Part shown: one piece after another, positions 1 to 20,800 of the stretch
Position numbering within the stretch: position 1 is the stretch's first letter
Layout: each line of letters opens with the position of its first letter
DNA from: Phoronis australis
Lineage: Eukaryota > Animalia > Phoronida
Assembly: GCA_002633005.1 (NCBI GenBank)
Contig: NMRA01000746.1
Location: forward strand, 62,001 to 126,000
Length of the DNA stretch: 64,000 nt
Reading direction: 5' to 3'
Made by a program: the position numbers and the translations under genes
The notes under the pieces: generated by a model
What the model was told of the DNA's origin: nothing
The model's input: the letters and a program-made list of their open reading frames with translations, nothing else
Databases searched by the model: none

Positions 1-310
1 CCCCAAAATGTTATCAAAATCAGTTACCTAGTTCAAATTCAAGGTTTATAAATACAATTGCAAGCACACCAAATTTAGAAAATTAACACAAAAAGTCAGG
101 CAGATAGAACTAAAACCAAGTATTTTTCTTGTTAGACAAAATTGGCATGTGCAAACAAGTGGTCTTGTAAACAAATTCATACTTGTTCTCTGAATTAACA
201 CAATTTCAGCTGGCCAATCACAAACAATATTAGTCCTATAAGTACACACACCCACTTCATGTTTCATCAACCACAAATAATATTTGTGCTAGACTCTTAA
301 CACACCCGCC

Positions 311-397
311 CAATTCACCCCCCCCCCATCAATCTCCCCAATACCACAATCTAAGCCCAATTCATCCCCCCCCCCATCAATCTCCCCAATACCACAG
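311..397. repeat. Short direct duplication (~40 bp, C-tract) in the katanin 3' UTR
   Basis: caattca(t)-C-tract-atcaatctccccaataccaca occurs at ~311-349 and again at ~358-396. Confidence 0.8.
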
Positions 398-398
398 T

Positions 399-7412
<7,014 letters not shown>

Positions 7413-8971
7413 TGTTACAAGTGGCCTGGAAAGAGATCGCAAGGATAAACAAAGAACACGCCAGAGCAGATTCTACATTGTATCGCAACTCATTTTGGAA
7501 TGAGGTAACTGAAATATGAGGTCTTCATCTTGCAACTGGAGACTCGGGTTTAAATTTACACACTCTACAAAGATGGCCGACTTTAGTCCCGATGATTGGC
7601 AATACAATCTCCCAAGCCGCCGTGAAGCAGATGAAGAATGTTTCCATTTTGGAATGCTCAAATGATTTAATTCATGGCTGATACTAACATGGATGAAAAA
7701 CATGAAACTACAGCTCTGAAATACCAGTTTGGAGTTAACCAAGGTCGGTGTTCCTACATACTGAACTGAAGTTAAGGCATATGACCACTGAAAGCAGAGA
7801 CTGCATTGGTATACACACCAAACACTGTTAGTGATTGACAGGTCTTCTAAATGCTTTGAAAATAGTTTGAACATTGTATATTTCTGAGTTGAAAGAGTCC
7901 ACTTCTCTCTTGAACAACTGCCCATCTTTCAACTGGGAGTCCTAGTAATCTTACAATTAGGGTGTCCAAACTGGATAAATTCTGATTGACAGTGGGCGTT
8001 CAAATGATACGTTGGGCGTCCTTGCCAGGGCATCCAGATTAGTGCTAATGTGTCTAAATGGATGCCAAGGACCTACGCTATATGAAGACTTGACAAAAAA
8101 TATATACATCAAAGCATGAGGATCTACATTCAAGTGTTTTGTCAAATATATGCAAGTATTTGGTTTTGCCATTCTCATATTCCAGATTTAGATTCGTAAA
8201 AATTGACGACCAATAGAGACTAAATTGTCTTGGAATCATTGAATGACTTAATTATAATTCAATGGGCATGTGTCATTCATTATATTTTGAAAACAGTAAC
8301 TTTTAATAGGGGTAGGCGAATGTCTGTGTATGCCTACACCATCCACAAAATGTGGCATAACTGCCTACATTTTATTTAGGTAATTACATCGCCGTGTATG
8401 TCGCAGGCATAAACAGGTGATTCTACTCCCCCATAAAATGTTATTCATCTCAAATACAGCGATTAACATTGAATTATATGAGTATAATAAGCATAACATG
8501 ACTATGGAGACAATTTAGATGATATCATTTGAACATATCCATGAGAATCTTTCCAGTTCGCCTGAGGTTTCCTCAGCGGGTGTCATTTTGAGGAAATTAT
8601 GCAAAATCATGCCCGCTGATGAATAGAAAGTTAATGGGAAACAAATCTCAAAAATTTCAGCGGACATCTTCTCATGCTACTTTTTGCAAGTGTCATGCGA
8701 CAGGTTACACGCTTCACCCAATCTCCTGCATGTCTGCCTAACTCATGTGACATCAAATGGATAACTTTGTGGACAGTGAAAAAGTCCTTCAATGCCAAAG
8801 TCATGAAGATATGTATCAAATGTATCAACCAAAAACGAAAGCTGAAGAAAGCAAGTGCATTTTCAGAGTCAATTTTAAGAGTGAAATGTCTATGTGCTTT
8901 TGACGAGGTGAAAACCATTTATTCGGTGAAAGGATTTGGCCTAATAGTTGGCTCTTGATTTAAAATAAACA

Positions 8972-9166
8972 GTGTCACCACCTCTACTTAGCAGTCTAAA
9001 CGCAATGCTCCCATAGGCCTTTTCGGGGAATTATGCCCAAAAAATACGTGTAGCAACAAGACTGATGGGTTAATCAGTGTGTGGCATAATTCACCAAAAA
9101 GCTTCCAGAATATGAATGGCCCGTGGGAGCATCAGCTTCTCTTGTGGTAACTATAGGCGGTGTCAC
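8972..9166. mobile_element. Small foldback MITE
   Basis: Nested imperfect inverted repeats: gtgtcaccacctctactta vs taactataggcggtgtcac; tgctcccataggcc vs ggcccgtgggagca; gaattatgcc vs ggcataattc. Confidence 0.55.
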
Positions 9167-9297
9167 AGCCTATGATTTAAAACTGATTTGAGAACAAATT
9201 TCTCCCACTGAATAAGGTGCATTACTATGTTAAAGACGTGCTTCCAGTGAATCATGACATATATGAGCCTCTGTTAGCTACTCGCTAACGGGCAATT

Positions 9298-9367
9298 GCC
9301 TATTAGCTGAATGGTTAGCACGCTTGCCGGTTTTATGGGGGTCGCTGGTTCGATCCCCGGGTCGGGC
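9298..9367 (+). pseudogene. tRNA-like pseudogene or SINE head
   Basis: A box TAGCTGAATGG and B box GGTTCGATCC at tRNA spacing; the acceptor and anticodon stems are mismatched. Confidence 0.55.
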
Positions 9368-9829
9368 AATCTTGGCTATTACTACAACCATTATTCAGTG
9401 GGAGTGATCAGTGAGTATAGCTCTCAAACCAGCTATCCATTATGGCATTATGGCATTATCCTCCATACACCTGACTTTTTCAGTCAATTATGTCTCACAC
9501 TGTGGCCAGTTAAGACGGTGGTACGGTCTACAGTCCACCCAGACACGTAACCTGCACTTATTTAGACCTACACTGCTACATACAGGTAAGAGATCTTTGA
9601 GGATCAAACGAAACAGAATGCTTAACTTGCTTAGCCTTAAGTTAACCAAGGCCTCAAGGGCAAGACTCAAGCGGGGATTCCGCCAGCAGGACCTGGCGCT
9701 GCCACGCCACTACTTGATTCAGTGAACAATAAAAACGGACTCGACCAATAACCAACAAACTAGCAATTTAGTTTTCACTGACACTGTTATTACCGATTTG
9801 AAAACCTGCTTTTGCTGTGCAGTAGGCCT

Positions 9830-10030
9830 ACCTACCCAAAATTGTCACAACTTCAACTGTCAATTTTTTGTGTTCACGTGACTCTACTTCAAAAGTTTTA
9901 TTGGCTAAACGGTTTACTTAGCATACACAGCGACCTCTAAAGGGTGCACCTATTTTAAATCGTCAAAGACCACGTTGGTATGACGTCTGTGGCGTACAGT
10001 TCGGTTCACAGAAAAGGTGGCGACTCAAGA
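9830..10030. promoter_or_regulatory. Putative katanin promoter and 5' UTR exon, probably bidirectional
   Basis: The katanin ATG exon begins at an acceptor (7425), so an upstream exon is required. Minus-strand donor G|GTAGGT at ~9836; TCACGTGA at 9874-9881; ATTGG (CCAAT) at 9900; TGACGTC at 9981. Confidence 0.5.
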
Positions 10031-12767
10031 TAACCTGCCTGTACAAATGAGGGAAATTGGTTTCATGTCCGAGTTAATTTTACCATCAGTTATGCTGTGC
10101 GATTTCACTGTGCACCCACCAACCTGCATCAGTGCATGCTTTTATCCAGTTCAGTAGGCCTACATACACATGAGTGAGCATCCTTGACAGGCTTGATACT
10201 CATACGTTGAGTTTCACAGTAGCCTACGAGGTTAAGCCACTTTTCAGGCCTGTGAATGTTTGTTTTTGTTATTTTTTCGTGACCAGTAGACATTGGCAAC
10301 GGAAATCCACTGTTTTGGCTACTTTTTGTAAACTTGCAAGTGAATGTGACAGACCTATTTTATTTGGTTCCAGCTGTGCACAAATGGTGCTTAGTAAGTT
10401 TCTGTAGGAACATGGACTACTCAAAAATAAGCAAAATGCTAGGAAACCATGGATTTTAACTCAGAATGTTGAACGTCATTGAAATTTGATGTTTTACTTT
10501 TTACCCAGGTTTTTATAACTAAATTGGAAAGGTTTGTAGCAAAACAACCGCATCAATAACACTGATCAATCATCAAATTCATTTCTTCATTAAGTTCGTA
10601 TATGCTCAGTGTAAGATATCAAAAATGCTGTTACATGATTTGATATTTGTTTTATGCAGCAAAGTTCCGGCCTATTTTTCATAGCTCATCACGGAAAAGC
10701 GATGAGGTGTAATTTGTTAAGCAACTTATATAAGTCATGCTCATATCGAAGGTGATCAAGTAAACTCTATACAAGAGACCGATATACAATTACTATTATC
10801 AAACAACACTATCCAGGAAAACATTATTCAGCACATTTTTGTATACCAGAATGCCTTCTGCTATTGTACTGCTGATGTACAAGTCATAGACTGCGACAAA
10901 ATCTCACCAATGAATTTTGGACCAAATTAGTTTCCCAAATCGCACATATTGTTACATTTTTCAAAACTTTCTAAAGCTGTTGCGAAAGTCCATAGTTTCT
11001 TAAAACATTGGCTATCTTACTGAAACTTATAAAGGGTTCAAGCATTTATATGGTGGAAAAATAGAATTATAATTGCCCATAATGTTATATGTCCTAATTT
11101 GGTGAGATTAATGAATTTTTATGGTCCGGTATATATGGATTTCTGTACTTTTTAGTGTCATCTATCATTTGTGCGACACAACCTGAATCTAAGACATTAT
11201 GTTGCTTTAAAGTGCAACATATTTTTGTGCAGACCCTCATTTGATAAAAATGTTTTATGACTTGACGTATATCAGTTCAGCTGGTGGAATCTACTGACAG
11301 AATAGCAGAGGTGTTAAAACATTGTTAACACGCACACATTGCCAGCATCAAATGAAAATTGGTCAGTTCTTGATACCGCTTTGCTATCTACAACTAAATA
11401 TAACCAAAAAGCCATGGTCACGGCATAACCCAAGTAACAACAATGTGTTTAAAAGCCCAAAATCAAGCTCTGCAGTCTTTTCATTTTGCAGAAAACATAT
11501 AAACTTTTACTTAGTTAAAATCTACATTTGTGTAGTTATTTTACTAAACACACACTAAAGTGGGACAGTGCAATCCTAGTTTCTTGTGGTGCGAGATGAT
11601 TTGTGTCAACTCAATGTCAATTGGACAAAAAAGCTCTTGCAAAATAATTATTTAAAGCATAGTGAAAAAAAAATTAACAGCAAAAAATATACTTTGTAGA
11701 ATTTACACATCTTTTTAACCATGACTTCTTTTTAACAAGATGGAGTGTTTTTTGCCCAATTGACAAACTTTACGCAGTATTTCTTTCCGTTAAAGTATGA
11801 CTCACAGGCGACCATTTTTGAGTTTTGAGCCCACAGCTCTTCAAATTTCCAGGTGTTCACAATTATTTAGTCACCTTGTTTTTCCAATGGTTAGTGTAAA
11901 ATCTCCCAAGTTTTAAAGTTAAGCACTAAAACTGCCCATTCTTATTTTCAAGAGATTTTAAGATGATTCTAAGTGTTCAGAAGTTGACAAAATATTTTCT
12001 GATGGAAGCTTCGGTAGAGAACTGAAAATAGTAAAGCATCAATTTGGTGCTACAGTTGTCCTTCATGGATAAATGAATAAATAAGATTTCATTTGTAGCC
12101 GCTATTTTGTCCTGACTTGGTGAAATTTTACAATTTTTTGTTCAGATTTGGCTAAATTCGGAAAATCATACTTCTGAAGTGATTAGTTGTATTCAATGAA
12201 ACTTTCAAATAATGTGAACATGACTTATGCTCAGTTCTCCAAAAAGGAATTGTTTTAAATGTTCCACTTTTGTATGAGGAGTCAATGATTTTTCTTAAAT
12301 AATAAAAAGTTGCATGAAACAAAAACGAAACAATGATTTAGAAAGCTACATCATAGTTTTTGAGATTTTATTTTGAAACTTCTGTCAAACCAGATTTGGT
12401 CGTGTGATTGTTACAATCGTTTTGTGGTGAATGTACCTATCTTTTTTGCTCATTTTGCTAAAAAGACATGGTCACATTATCATGAATGGAAACTGGTAGA
12501 AAGTCGAAAATCACAGTTTGCAGGCTTTCTACTTTTACAAAATATATACTTTTGCTTAATTGAAATCTATAGCTTTCTTGATTTTTTTCTAAATTCTCAT
12601 ACTTGTCGATAAGGTCCTACATATCCTGAAAAAGTTACAAAACAAAAAACATGCCTTTTTAATATTTCAGGGACTTTGTGCCAAAATTGGTCGAGATGAA
12701 GAGGAGTGAATTCTTTTTTCGAGTACCAGAAGTCTAGTAAGACCTGACACTAATGAGGGATCACTGA

Positions 12768-15097
12768 CGGCCAAATCACAAGCAAGGTCCATATTCGGTG
12801 GCCACTTTTGGTGAAAAATGAAGGTTGTCATACAACTGTAAAAGCTGGGTTATTTTAAAGGACCATCACTCCAGGTTTGTAATCTAAAATATCTTTGCAC
12901 AAGAACTACCAAATAAAATTTTATGGCCTAATGCACCGCAGTTGTATGAAGGGATACGTACACTACAACTTGTGGTCACAGCCCACTTCTACCATGAAAA
13001 AATTCATAAGGTAGCTGTTAATTTAATAAGTATTCGATTAAATTGAAGAAGTATTACATACTAAAATAGAAAAGTTATTACATTGCTGATCAAGTTGTTC
13101 TAGATGATGATACATTGCATATCTTAACACAACATAATGAGAACTTCCTTCTCTTACAATATAATTCTTATCAAAAGAAAATGGCAATTCCAAAAACTTT
13201 ATTGGTGCTATTTGCCTAGTTTTCAATACATTCACCAGTTAGTCAAAATAGTTAAAGCAATGCTAGGTCCAGTGTTCCACTTGTAAACAGTAAAAAATGG
13301 TACTGGTTGGGGGGTACCTACACTACGCAGTCAATCAACATCAAATTTTGACTTAGTTAAAAATGTATGGGATGGTTTCGAGTTTTGTGCTGCCTCTACT
13401 TGTTGGTTTGTTGCATGTTGAAGTTGTCTTGAGTGATGGAGAACCTGCCTCTGCAACATCAGTTGTGACATGATGTGTCTTCTAGGATTTTCTGTACTAG
13501 CCAAGTCCTGTGTGGCATTTTATTGTCAACAAATTTGATAATGTCCATTGTTTTTTTTTGTCACACTGTATTCATTTTGAAATATTAGTATTGTTCATGA
13601 GAACAGCAGTATGTAAAAGTTCTTGTGGGCAGTACTTTATAGCACAGAGGTTGAAGGTACGTACACTACACAGAGGTACGTACACTACATTTCACTGACT
13701 TTAGGTTTATAAAAATAATTAAAATCTACTGAGAGTTAGTTCCCTTACCAATATTCAAAGAGAACCAATAAAAAACAGCATGCAGTCATGTGCATATCTG
13801 TCTGTCATTCTTTGAAAACAGAAATAAATAAATATAGGGATACGTACACTACACAAATGTTAATATTTCACTCAAAACAAACGTATTTATAATTAACACC
13901 CTTTTAACCTAGCATTTTTAATGGAGGAAGCTGTCTGTGACAAGTGTTGCTTACTTACCGTGTAATTTTTTGTTTCATGGTATTTACATCGGGCTACGTA
14001 CACTACACAGGGGTACGTACACTACATTTCAATGACATGTTAGGTTTGTAACTAAATATTAAGAATCTACTGAGAGTTAGTTGATTTACTTAATCAATTC
14101 AAAGAGAAAAAATAAAAAGCACAGCATTCATGTGCATATCTGCCATACTTTGAAAATAGACACAAATTAAAATATGGGGGTATGTACACTACACAAATGC
14201 TAATGTTTCATGCAAAACAAATGTATTTGCAATAAACACTCCTTTAACCTAACACTTTTAAGGAAACAAACTGCGAATGACCTATGATGCTCACTTACCA
14301 AGTGATATTTTAATTTCATGGCATTTGTAAACACTACAAAAGGGGGTACGTACACTGCATCACATGGTAACATAACATTGTATGGCCATTTATTTTTCTT
14401 TGGTGATAATAAGCACCATGTTGTTATTTAAAAGGCAATAATTTCATTTGCAATGACCATTTGTGTTACTGAATTCCACATGGGGGTACGTACACTACAT
14501 TTTGTTAGCCTCTTTGGCCCATTTTCAACATTACAGAACCCATTCAATATCCAAACTTTGGTTTGTTTAGATATTGAATAATTTGCTGTGTTGCCTAGGC
14601 TGACATATTTTGCAGTTCTTTTCGTTACAGAATGTGGACTTTAGTTTTTAAGCTTCTTTACAGTAGGTGAGGGTTAGAAACACAGAATTTATAAATTTCG
14701 CAACATTAGTGCCTGTTTTATGATGAACCCTACCATTTCTCAATGATGAAGCACAACTTCATCTAATTGATTCTGAAAGTGACTCAAGTTATTCCCAGTC
14801 ATATCCAAACAATTGCTTACTTGATAAAATAAATTACTTTTCTACTCTTGACAGTTAAAAATTGTTATTTTTGAAATGGCCACTCGTAATGCTAAAAATG
14901 CATGAAATTCATAGACAAAAACTTGCATTAATTTCTCAAACATTGTCCGATTTTGATGATTCTTTTTTTAATTTGCACAACTAAATAACTCTTTGCATAA
15001 TGAGATTCAGTTGGCATTTGATAAGTGACCAAAAAAATTATTTTAGACCGTAACACAGTCAACCCTCGAATATGGACCTTGATTGTGATTTAGTCGA
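12768..15097. mobile_element. Non-autonomous TIR element containing an array of the GGGGTACGTACACTACA motif
   Basis: ~30-bp terminal inverted repeat: CGGCCAAATCACAAGCAAGGTCCATATTCG vs the reverse complement of CGAATATGGACCTTGATTGTGATTTAGTCG. Internal ~335-bp tandem duplication and 11 motif copies. No transposase ORF. Confidence 0.7.
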
Positions 15098-15393
15098 AAG
15101 TTCTGCTTTTCAAACTTGAAAATATTTGCAGAGAGTACAGTATTTGAATATTTGTGTAAAAGTTCTTTTTCAGTGTGTTTATCAGAGATTTTTTTGCACT
15201 TAAGTTAATTTCCTATAGAGTTCTGCCAGTGATGGAAGCAATTGTTTTTGACTACTGCTAAACCTAATGTAAAATGCTACACTTTTTCCAGTAAATTATA
15301 TTTTCTAAAACAAAGTAATGCTTTATGTCAATGAACTTCGTTCTGACTAGATACATGATTGGTTTCCAAAGTTTTCCTGATACATTTCTCCAG

Positions 15394-16576
15394 TCAATAC
15401 AACATCACCAGGTTTGCCTACAAGCTATTGTTGCCTATGATGTATGGTTTGGATGAGAAAACCTCAACACTGGGATAATCCTCTTATCCTCTGGAGTGCT
15501 GTTGGTATGCATTGTTTGCCATATTTGGTAAGTTACCCCAGTATTTATAAAACCTGGAGAGTGGAAAGATTATATCATTGTGCTGATGTGTGCCATAACT
15601 TCTTTCCACTTAGACAATAACTTCCAGCCACTCTTATCTCATTTTGCATTGTATGGTTCACTTCTCATGGAACACAGAACAACTGAAGAAAACATTTCTT
15701 AATGGGCATCATAGGAGAATAGAAAATATTTAAGATATACTGTTTTATTTTCATTCGCCTAGAAGTTCGTGTTGGTTTCTGACTTGTATATGTTGGAGTA
15801 TGTAAGTTAAAACCAAGGCAACTCAGGTTTCTAATGTATAGTGAAGGCTGTCAATCTGTGCAGTCTACTTAATCTTTTCTGCCTATTTTCCATTTTCTGC
15901 ACCATTTTCCTTGTTGGAACGTAACTTCATGTGTAAACCCAAAAATTTGTGATAATGGTGAACTTTGTGAATGTTATAGTCACAGCTTTGTTTCTGTGTT
16001 TACGAAAACACCGCTCCATAACGCTGCTGACCTTGTGCACGTGCAGCATCGTGTGATCAAGTGACACTCGAGGTTGAAAAGTGGTAAGTTTATTTACTGG
16101 GAATCTTAAAATGGTAATGTAATTGTGGTTTTTGGAAGAAGTGCAAAATTAGAAGCTGTTGGAGAAAAAGTTCATTGAAGAAATAGAATGCACTGATAGC
16201 ATTTAAACAGCAATTCACGATTCTAAAAGTATTGTGAAATGTATTATCTGTACTCTAACTTGACGTTCAAGAAAATTACATCATTAGTAGCCCGTTATGG
16301 AAATGCAAATTCATTTTCAATGTATCTTGTCATGTCGTGCTGGAATACAAACGATGTATTTTGCCAATAGGAGATTTGCTTCGGTTCATTAAAAGTAAGT
16401 GCTTTTTATTTGCATGTTCAAATTTAGCAGAACTTGTTCAGGATAGGAAATTTGCCTAGGCAATCCAAAACTTTGACAACAGACATTTACGCGTAATTAA
16501 TTTGATGAATTTTGATGGTTTATAGAAAGTGAAGGTCTCAGTCTGGGAGAGGCATCAAATATTTCTACTGGTACAG
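15394..16576 (+). ncRNA. Putative spliced plus-strand transcript (lncRNA or decayed gene), exon cluster
   Basis: Five consensus GTAAGT donors in ~1.05 kb (~15527, 15803, 16084, 16395, 16577), each with an upstream pyrimidine-AG acceptor. Micro-exons 16371-16394 and 16526-16576. No continuous ORF found. Confidence 0.35.
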
Positions 16577-16619
16577 GTAAGTTAATTTTTCATTATTGCC
16601 TAGCGAAAGTCAAGTGCCT

Positions 16620-17030
16620 TGTTCTTTTATTTTTGATGTTTATTATGAAATAGTCAGTACAATCAATATACAGACTTAGAAAGCGCCATGAGGCATTGTA
16701 TCTGGGCTAAAAATACAATGAAATCTATATACAATTATACACAGAAATAGAAATTAATAAATTGATGTCAAATTACAATGACATGTGATACGAATATAAA
16801 TAAATCATTTTCATACACAATAAGTTATTTTACCTTAGGGTTTTATCGACTCGCACAAAGAGATTTAATATTAAATAGAAATTTTGAAAGTGTTTTGAAT
16901 AAAACATTAACTTCACTTCGGTCGAGTACTTTCAATCTAGTTGGAAAAAATGAATTTTGTTATACATTTGAGGAAGATCTGAATACTTTTTGTAAACATT
17001 GGGGTATTTTTCGAGTGTCGTGGTTGTCCA
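16620..17030 (-). mobile_element. 3' fragment of a non-LTR retrotransposon (CR1/L2-like), degenerate
   Basis: Minus-strand translation contains QNSFFPTRLKVL, resembling the NSFFP C-terminal motif of CR1/L2-type ORF2, followed by AATAAA and an A-rich tail. Confidence 0.35.
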
Positions 17031-17829
17031 TCAAGTTTGTTTTAGGTGGCTATGACATACATCATTTTCAAGGTCCTCCTGGGAAAATCAAATTTTTATG
17101 TAGAGAATGTTTTTGCTGTAATATCTCAAGAAGGAAGCTGTGGTCTTTCTTTGTATTTTCACTTCAAGTGCCAGTCAATTTTGGTGACCTTGACTTGATT
17201 TTCAAGGTCACAATTGGAAAATCAAGTTCTTTGGAAAACTGCAAATTTCAAGATGGAAGCTGTGAACTTTCTTCATATTTTGTCTTGTGGTGTACGTGGG
17301 CAAGAAAATCAAGTATTAACATGAAAAATGGGGCGCAATATATATTTTAAGAAAAATTTGTGCAGTTTCTTCATATTATGTACCAAGGTGTAGGTTCAAC
17401 ACCTGCTGTGGGTCCGTGTACAGTGAAGTCACTCTGAGGCAAATTCTTGAATTGACTTCTTTGCTCCCCTTTTGTTGGTCTATTGTATTTGTGTTACATC
17501 TAGGTTTTCTGCGTGTTTGCACGCAGTGTTTATCTCATCGTGTACTTGAAGAGTGTGTTCTAATTAAGTGAAATCAAACGCAGCAGTTGTCGGTGTGACA
17601 GCAATCCTTCCCCAGAATCGTCTGAAACTGAGTTGCCGTGTAATTAGGTCTATCTGCACTGCGTTCTTTATTTCTCGATACGACCTTCCATTCTGGAGTT
17701 ATTTGATTTTTTCTGATTTGTTGCCTGCGTTTTTGCGGATTCCTCAATGCACTTTTAATAGTGTATCATTTACTGCACATTGGTAATGGGTGTCAGGGTT
17801 TTGGTCGTGGTGTTGTTATGCGCCCACAT

Positions 17830-20800
17830 ATTTTATTTGGTTTAAGGCACCTTGTGTAAAAGGATATGGGCTCAGAAAAATCCACTCCTGTCTTTCAAGG
17901 TTTAAAACTCATCTGAATAGGTGTATTTTGTAGCGTACTGGCCTAGACAAACTTACCTACATATGTCTTTGTTACTGAACAGGGCCTCGTGTTACTGCAA
18001 TTGCTTCGAGTACAAAGAACATCTTTTTTCAGTATTGTAGTGCATCAATGTTCATACCTTACAACAACTCTGTACTTATTTTCACCATATGTAAGTACAA
18101 TTTGCATTGTCAGTTATAATAGTTTAACCGCCAAAAATAATTGCCTGACTAGCTGACTGGAATATTTTTGACCTGATGTGAGTACTATACCTCTTTTATC
18201 TGTCTTTTGTTTATTGAATTGTGAAGTGAATTTGTTCCCTTCCACATTTAGCTAATGTTAGCTTCTTGTGCAAGTGGTATTACCTTGATAGTGTACAAAT
18301 TGTTCATAGTCATCACTATCAAGGTAATACCACTTGCACAAGAAGCTAACATTAGCTAAATGTGAAAGGGAACTTGAAGTGTAATCACTGTGGTAGCTAA
18401 ACTGGTTGTAGCAAAACTGCCTGTGAAATAAAGTCTTCTCAATGGCTAGTTGAAAAGCAATTTTAGATGTAGTAAATAGAAGTCTCTGCTGGTAAAAATA
18501 CGGGGGTGTGCAAACTGTCTTTTAAAAAAATGTGCAGCTTTTGTACAGATGCGCAACATTATTGTGACATTTTTCTCCTGTAGTGGGACCACCTGTTAAC
18601 AGTGTTATTCAAAGGCGGATTCATTCGCCTGTTGTTATGCCTTCTAGTGGTAATGTTGATGTCGTCTAATTATTTTATCTATTTCTTTAATCCTATTTGT
18701 TGTAACTTCGATATTGGCTAAAACGTGAACCAACTTAGACAAACCGTAAGTTTTTACAATATGAATCCTCCCTCTGGTCGTCAAATGTCTAGTTTTCCAA
18801 ATATTTAATAGATCTTTTAATTTCTGAGTTTTATTGCCATAATTTAGCTGCTCAACTTCTTAGTCATTTTGTCCGAAATATATTCCAAGACTTTTTATAG
18901 GTTTTCGTGGCCAAGAGGTATTGTACATTTTTTTAGGACAATGGGCACCACCTCAGGCAGAAATATATAAACCTTCACACCTTTCAGGATTTAAATGCAA
19001 GCCAGAAATGTCTCAAATAATTTTGAAAATTTAAAACATTCTTTTCCGGAATTCTCGTCTTGAATGAACAAAATGGTTTCGTCCGCGTACTGGGTTATTT
19101 TGATTTCATTATAAATTTTTAAACCATGAAAGTAATTATTCTTTCTGATAAAATGTGATATACGTTCTGCACATAACACACAAAGGGGACTTGACTGCGG
19201 ATCACCCTGTCGTAAGCCTCTTTCAATGTCGAAATACAGAGTTGTGAATCCGTTATTTAACACAAAGGATGAGATTTTACAAATTTTTTATTTTACTTAT
19301 TATCCCTTGTACAAAATTGAAGGCTTTTAAAGTTTTGAACATGTAATCCAAATTTAAGGTGTCGTATACCTTCTTGAAATCCAGGAATATAATTTAGACA
19401 TGTAGTTTATTTTGTTTGTAATATTCCATCAAATCTTTACCTAATCGAATATTTTGGCCAATATTCCTTTTAGGTAATGACGTCTGATCAGGGTGAATCA
19501 ATTTGTCCATGTACTTATAAATTCTATTGGTAATGGTTTTTGTGATCAATTTGTAGACGCAATTTAAGAGGGAGATTGGCCTCCAGTTATCTATCAACAA
19601 AAGTTCCTCACTATTTTTGCTTTTGGGTATAAGAGCTTATGACACTTTGTCTCTGCGACGTATACAATTCTCCCCTCTGGAAGCTAAAATTAAAACTCTC
19701 TATTAATTCATATTTAATTACCCCCCAAAACTTTTTGTAAAACTCATATGAAATTCCGTCATTCCTGGTGTTTTGTTAGATTTTGTTCCTTGGAGAGCCT
19801 CGAAAATTTCTTGTTCAGTGAAATCTTGCTCAAGTTCCAGAGACTCTTCTTCATAAAGTTGTTTATTTTTTGGGAGTGTAAATATTGTTGGGAGAGATCC
19901 ACAATTATTTTCTTCTTTGGAATACAGATTTTTATAATACCGGGTTTGTAACTCTCTTACTCCAGTAGGAGTAGTAACACTTTGGTGACCATCTTTTAAT
20001 GAACGAATTTGTTTTTATACACAATTCCTTACTTTGAGGTTTCTAAAATATTGAGAATTTTCCCCTTCCTCTGCCCATTGAACTTTGCTCCTTATAATCG
20101 AACCTTTAATAGACACAGTTTGTATTACTTGAAGTTCCGTTTTTGCCTTGTTCAAGGCTATTTTAGCTTCTTCGTCAGCCGGGTTATTTTCGACTTGACA
20201 CAACAGCATATTTATTTATGAATAAGATGGAAATGTTCTTCTTTTCTTTTCGTACATTTTGTTTTAGCGTAATCATTAGACACTTTTCTGATTTCCATTT
20301 TGGTCAAATCCCACACAAGATTTTTATTTTCGAAGATGGCATACATTCTTCTGCATGCGGCAACACAATCAGTAATTTTTTTTGGTAACCAGGGTCATCA
20401 AGATAACTTACATTCCCACCATAATCGCGCACCACGTTTTTCATATTTGGAAATTTCAATAGTCAATACTACGGCAGAGTGGTCAGAGAATACGAAGTCG
20501 TTAATAATGTCAACCTGTTTTGTCAAGAACGTTCTGAGAACCAGCCAATAGTCGATTCTACTTTGACATGTTATTTGTTTGTCATGCCATGCGTACTTTC
20601 ATATACCAGGATTTTTTCCTCCATACATCGAAGATCTTGTTGACATACCCAAATTTTTAAATTTTTTGACTAACTTGGAATTTTGTAGAAAAATCAAGTT
20701 TACCTATTTTACCCAAATCTGACAGTGGACAGTTGAAATCGCCTGCGCATAGAATGTTACTATCATGAGCGCTTTTGAATACTACATTGCCCAACCTTTC

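Noticed and set aside
7473-7925. 150-aa ORF upstream of the katanin start
   Set aside because: Lies in the first katanin intron with no domain signal; likely a chance ORF.
9298-9367. Functional tRNA genes here and at 2852-2922
   Set aside because: The stems are mismatched and no confident anticodon arm forms; only the A and B boxes remain.
12951-14499. CRISPR-like interpretation of the 17-bp motif array
   Set aside because: Eukaryotic context, repeats too short, spacers 2-340 bp and partly homologous to each other, and no cas genes.
16778-17350. 190-aa plus-strand ORF
   Set aside because: Antisense to a LINE remnant and running into repeat sequence; no recognisable domain.
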